The notes under the pieces are model-generated. The model saw only the letters and a list, made by a program, of their open reading frames with translations, ran no database searches and was not told the DNA's origin. A DNA stretch of 64,000 bases from contig JBBQRP010000017.1 of assembly GCA_038214715.1 (NCBI GenBank), positions 15,080 through 79,079 of the forward strand, written 5' to 3'. The position numbers and the translations under genes are program-made. Below, one piece after another: positions 62,222 through 64,000 of the stretch; position 1 is the first letter of the stretch, and each line of letters starts with the position of its first letter. The DNA comes from Thermoanaerobaculia bacterium (GTDB taxonomy: Bacteria; Acidobacteriota; Thermoanaerobaculia; UBA5066).

Positions 62222-63676
62222 TCAGGGTTTTCGCGCCACTTCGTCCGCAACGGCCTCCCGGAAGACCTGGAGGAACGTCTGAAGATGCCGGCGCTCCGTG
62301 CGGACGTTCCCGATGGCGGCCCGGAGCGTGTAGCGGCCCGACACCAGTGCGTGCGAGATGAACGTGCGTCCGTCCTCGTTGATCCGGGCGAGGATCCGCG
62401 CGTTCGCCGCGTCCGCCTGTTCGTCGGAGAGGCCTGGGGAAGACCAGCGGAAGGCCACGACCGAAAACGGCGACGGAGCCGCGATCGCGACTCCTGGCTC
62501 GCGTTCGAGCACGCCGCGCAGCGCACGCGCGAGGACGAGATGCGCGCGCAGGCGCGCCCGCACGCCCGAGGCGCCGAACGCGCGCAGCGTCATCCACATC
62601 TTGAGCGCGCGGAACCGCCGGCCGAGCTGGATGCCGTAGTCCATGTACTCACGCACGGTCTGACCCTCCGGGGTCTCGAGGTAGCTCGGCACGACGGAGA
62701 AGGCGCGGCGCACGCGCTCCATGCGGCGGAAGAAAAGGCCTGTGCACTCGAGCGGAACGAGCATCCACTTGTGGGGGTTGAAGAGGACCGAGTCGGCCCG
62801 CTCCCAGCCCGCGAAGAGGGAGCGCATCTCCGGAAGGGCCGCGGCCGAGCCCGCGTAAGCGGCGTCGACGTGCAGCCAGATGTTCTCGCGCTCCGCGATC
62901 TCGGCGAGGGCCGGGAGCGGATCGACCGACGTCACCGTGGTCGTGCCGGCCGTCGCGACGATCGCCACGAGCACGCGGCCCTCGGCGCGGTCCCTTGCGA
63001 TCTCTGCCTCGAGGGCGCGGACGTCCATCCGGAAGTCCGCGTCGACCGGGATCTTCCTCAGGCCCGTGGTGCCGAGACCGAGGACGACGCACGCCTTGTC
63101 GATGGAGGAGTGGGCGAGCTCCGACGCGTAGACGATGCCCGCGGGCCGCCCCGCGAGACCCGTCCGGCGCACGTCCGGATACGCTTCCTCGCGGGCTGCC
63201 GCGAGCGCGATGAGCGATCCGGTCGAGGCCGTGTCGGCAAGCTGTCCGTCGAAGCCGTCGGGTCCCGACGGCAGGCCGACGAGGTCGAGCAGCCATCTCA
63301 CGACGCCCTGCTCGAGCTCCGTCAGGACGGGGGACGTCCGCCACAGGATGCCGACCTGGTTGTATCCGGCGGCGAGGAAGTCCCCGACGATCGCGGGAGC
63401 GGTGCCGGTGTTCGCGAAATAGGCGAGATATCCCGGATGCTGCCAGTGAGTGAGGTTCGGCTCGACGAGCCGGTCCAGGTCGCGCTCGATCGCGTCCCAC
63501 GGCTCCGGGTCCTCGGGGGCCCGCCTCGGCAGCTGGGCGAGGACGTCGCCCGGTTTCGTTCGTGCGAGGACCGGCTTCGACTCGAGAGTCTCGAAGTACC
63601 TCGCGAGCCGTTCGACGGCGGAATGCCCCATCTCCCGGAACGCGTCCGGAGAGAAGTCTCCGAGGGGCTCGTCCAT
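62222..63676 (-). CDS. pyridoxal-dependent aromatic-L-amino-acid-type (group II) decarboxylase
   Basis: 484 aa. THWQHPGYLAYFA, HVDAAYAGSA and the FNPHKW PLP-lysine motif. Confidence 0.92.
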   Translation of the reverse strand: MDEPLGDFSPDAFREMGHSAVERLARYFETLESKPVLARTKPGDVLAQLPRRAPEDPEPWDAIERDLDRLVEPNLTHWQHPGYLAYFANTGTAPAIVGDFLAAGYNQVGILWRTSPVLTELEQGVVRWLLDLVGLPSGPDGFDGQLADTASTGSLIALAAAREEAYPDVRRTGLAGRPAGIVYASELAHSSIDKACVVLGLGTTGLRKIPVDADFRMDVRALEAEIARDRAEGRVLVAIVATAGTTTVTSVDPLPALAEIAERENIWLHVDAAYAGSAAALPEMRSLFAGWERADSVLFNPHKWMLVPLECTGLFFRRMERVRRAFSVVPSYLETPEGQTVREYMDYGIQLGRRFRALKMWMTLRAFGASGVRARLRAHLVLARALRGVLEREPGVAIAAPSPFSVVAFRWSSPGLSDEQADAANARILARINEDGRTFISHALVSGRYTLRAAIGNVRTERRHLQTFLQVFREAVADEVARKP

Positions 63677-63694
63677 GGCGCGAAGTCTACGGGA

Positions 63695-64000
63695 TCAGCG
63701 CGCTTCGACCCTCAGCGCGCCCGATCCCCAGGAATCGGCGAGCGCGTCGTGGACGGAAACCTTCAGCTCCCAGCGCCCGGGCGGGAGCTGAAGCGTGACG
63801 GTGCGGACGGCGGGCGTGTCGCGCACCTCCTGGTACTCCGGCCCCGTGTACGTGAGGAACCAGTCGTCGGAAATGGAATCCTCGAGCGGTCCGTCGAGGG
63901 ACGCGGCCTCGACGACGATCTGGACGCTCGCGAGGAGTGCGTCGTCTTCGGGCTTGAAGGAGAGCGCCTCGTGCGGCACCTTCACCTCGAGCTTCCAGAA
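63695..64000 (-). CDS. hypothetical protein, 5' end beyond the right window edge
   Basis: The frame stays open to the window end (…FWKLEVKVPHEAL…). The beta-rich C-terminal domain ends ...PGRWELKVSVHDALADSWGSGALRVEAR. No family assigned. Confidence 0.45.
   Translation of the reverse strand, partial: FWKLEVKVPHEALSFKPEDDALLASVQIVVEAASLDGPLEDSISDDWFLTYTGPEYQEVRDTPAVRTVTLQLPPGRWELKVSVHDALADSWGSGALRVEAR

Overview
A chromosomal segment from a high-GC bacterium (about 70% G+C by eye), densely packed with about 60 genes. The gene content (fused E1 dehydrogenase, tricorn-like protease, YfhO and GT-C glycosyltransferases, multiple FtsX permeases, M64 and M1 peptidases) suggests an Acidobacteriota-like lineage, but that is inference only. 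Most of the long R/P/G-rich ORFs in the six-frame track are antisense or out-of-frame artefacts of the GC content. I kept only ORFs with recognisable family motifs or coding-like composition, and trimmed many starts to internal ATG/GTG/TTG codons. Confidently recognised genes include ligA, ppk1, ppa, glmM, folP, ftsH, hpt, tilS, two msrB, two group II PLP decarboxylases, miaE, pip, a ubiD-family gene, rlmI, an rsmH-like gene, a PiT/DUF47 pair, an OPT transporter, a MacAB-like MFP-ABC operon with three FtsX permeases, vapBC and one tRNA(CAU). No rRNA, CRISPR array or intact mobile element is present. Four observations stand out. (1) A 27-nt AT-rich motif (RGARGA-TTTCTT-N-GAA-GGT-GAAGAGG) recurs at least 10 times inside unrelated housekeeping genes, in different reading frames and on both strands, often as convergent pairs. 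(2) A roughly 1.6-kb low-GC islet next to the tRNA carries an integrase remnant and a secreted protein with a 12-cysteine tail. (3) Two genes (yfhO-like, ubiD-like) appear to start at a CTG inside a CTGA stop/start overlap, within a window-wide habit of NTGA overlaps. (4) A perfect (CT)13 microsatellite lies inside a GT-C glycosyltransferase gene. All calls come from reading the sequence and translations; no searches were run.
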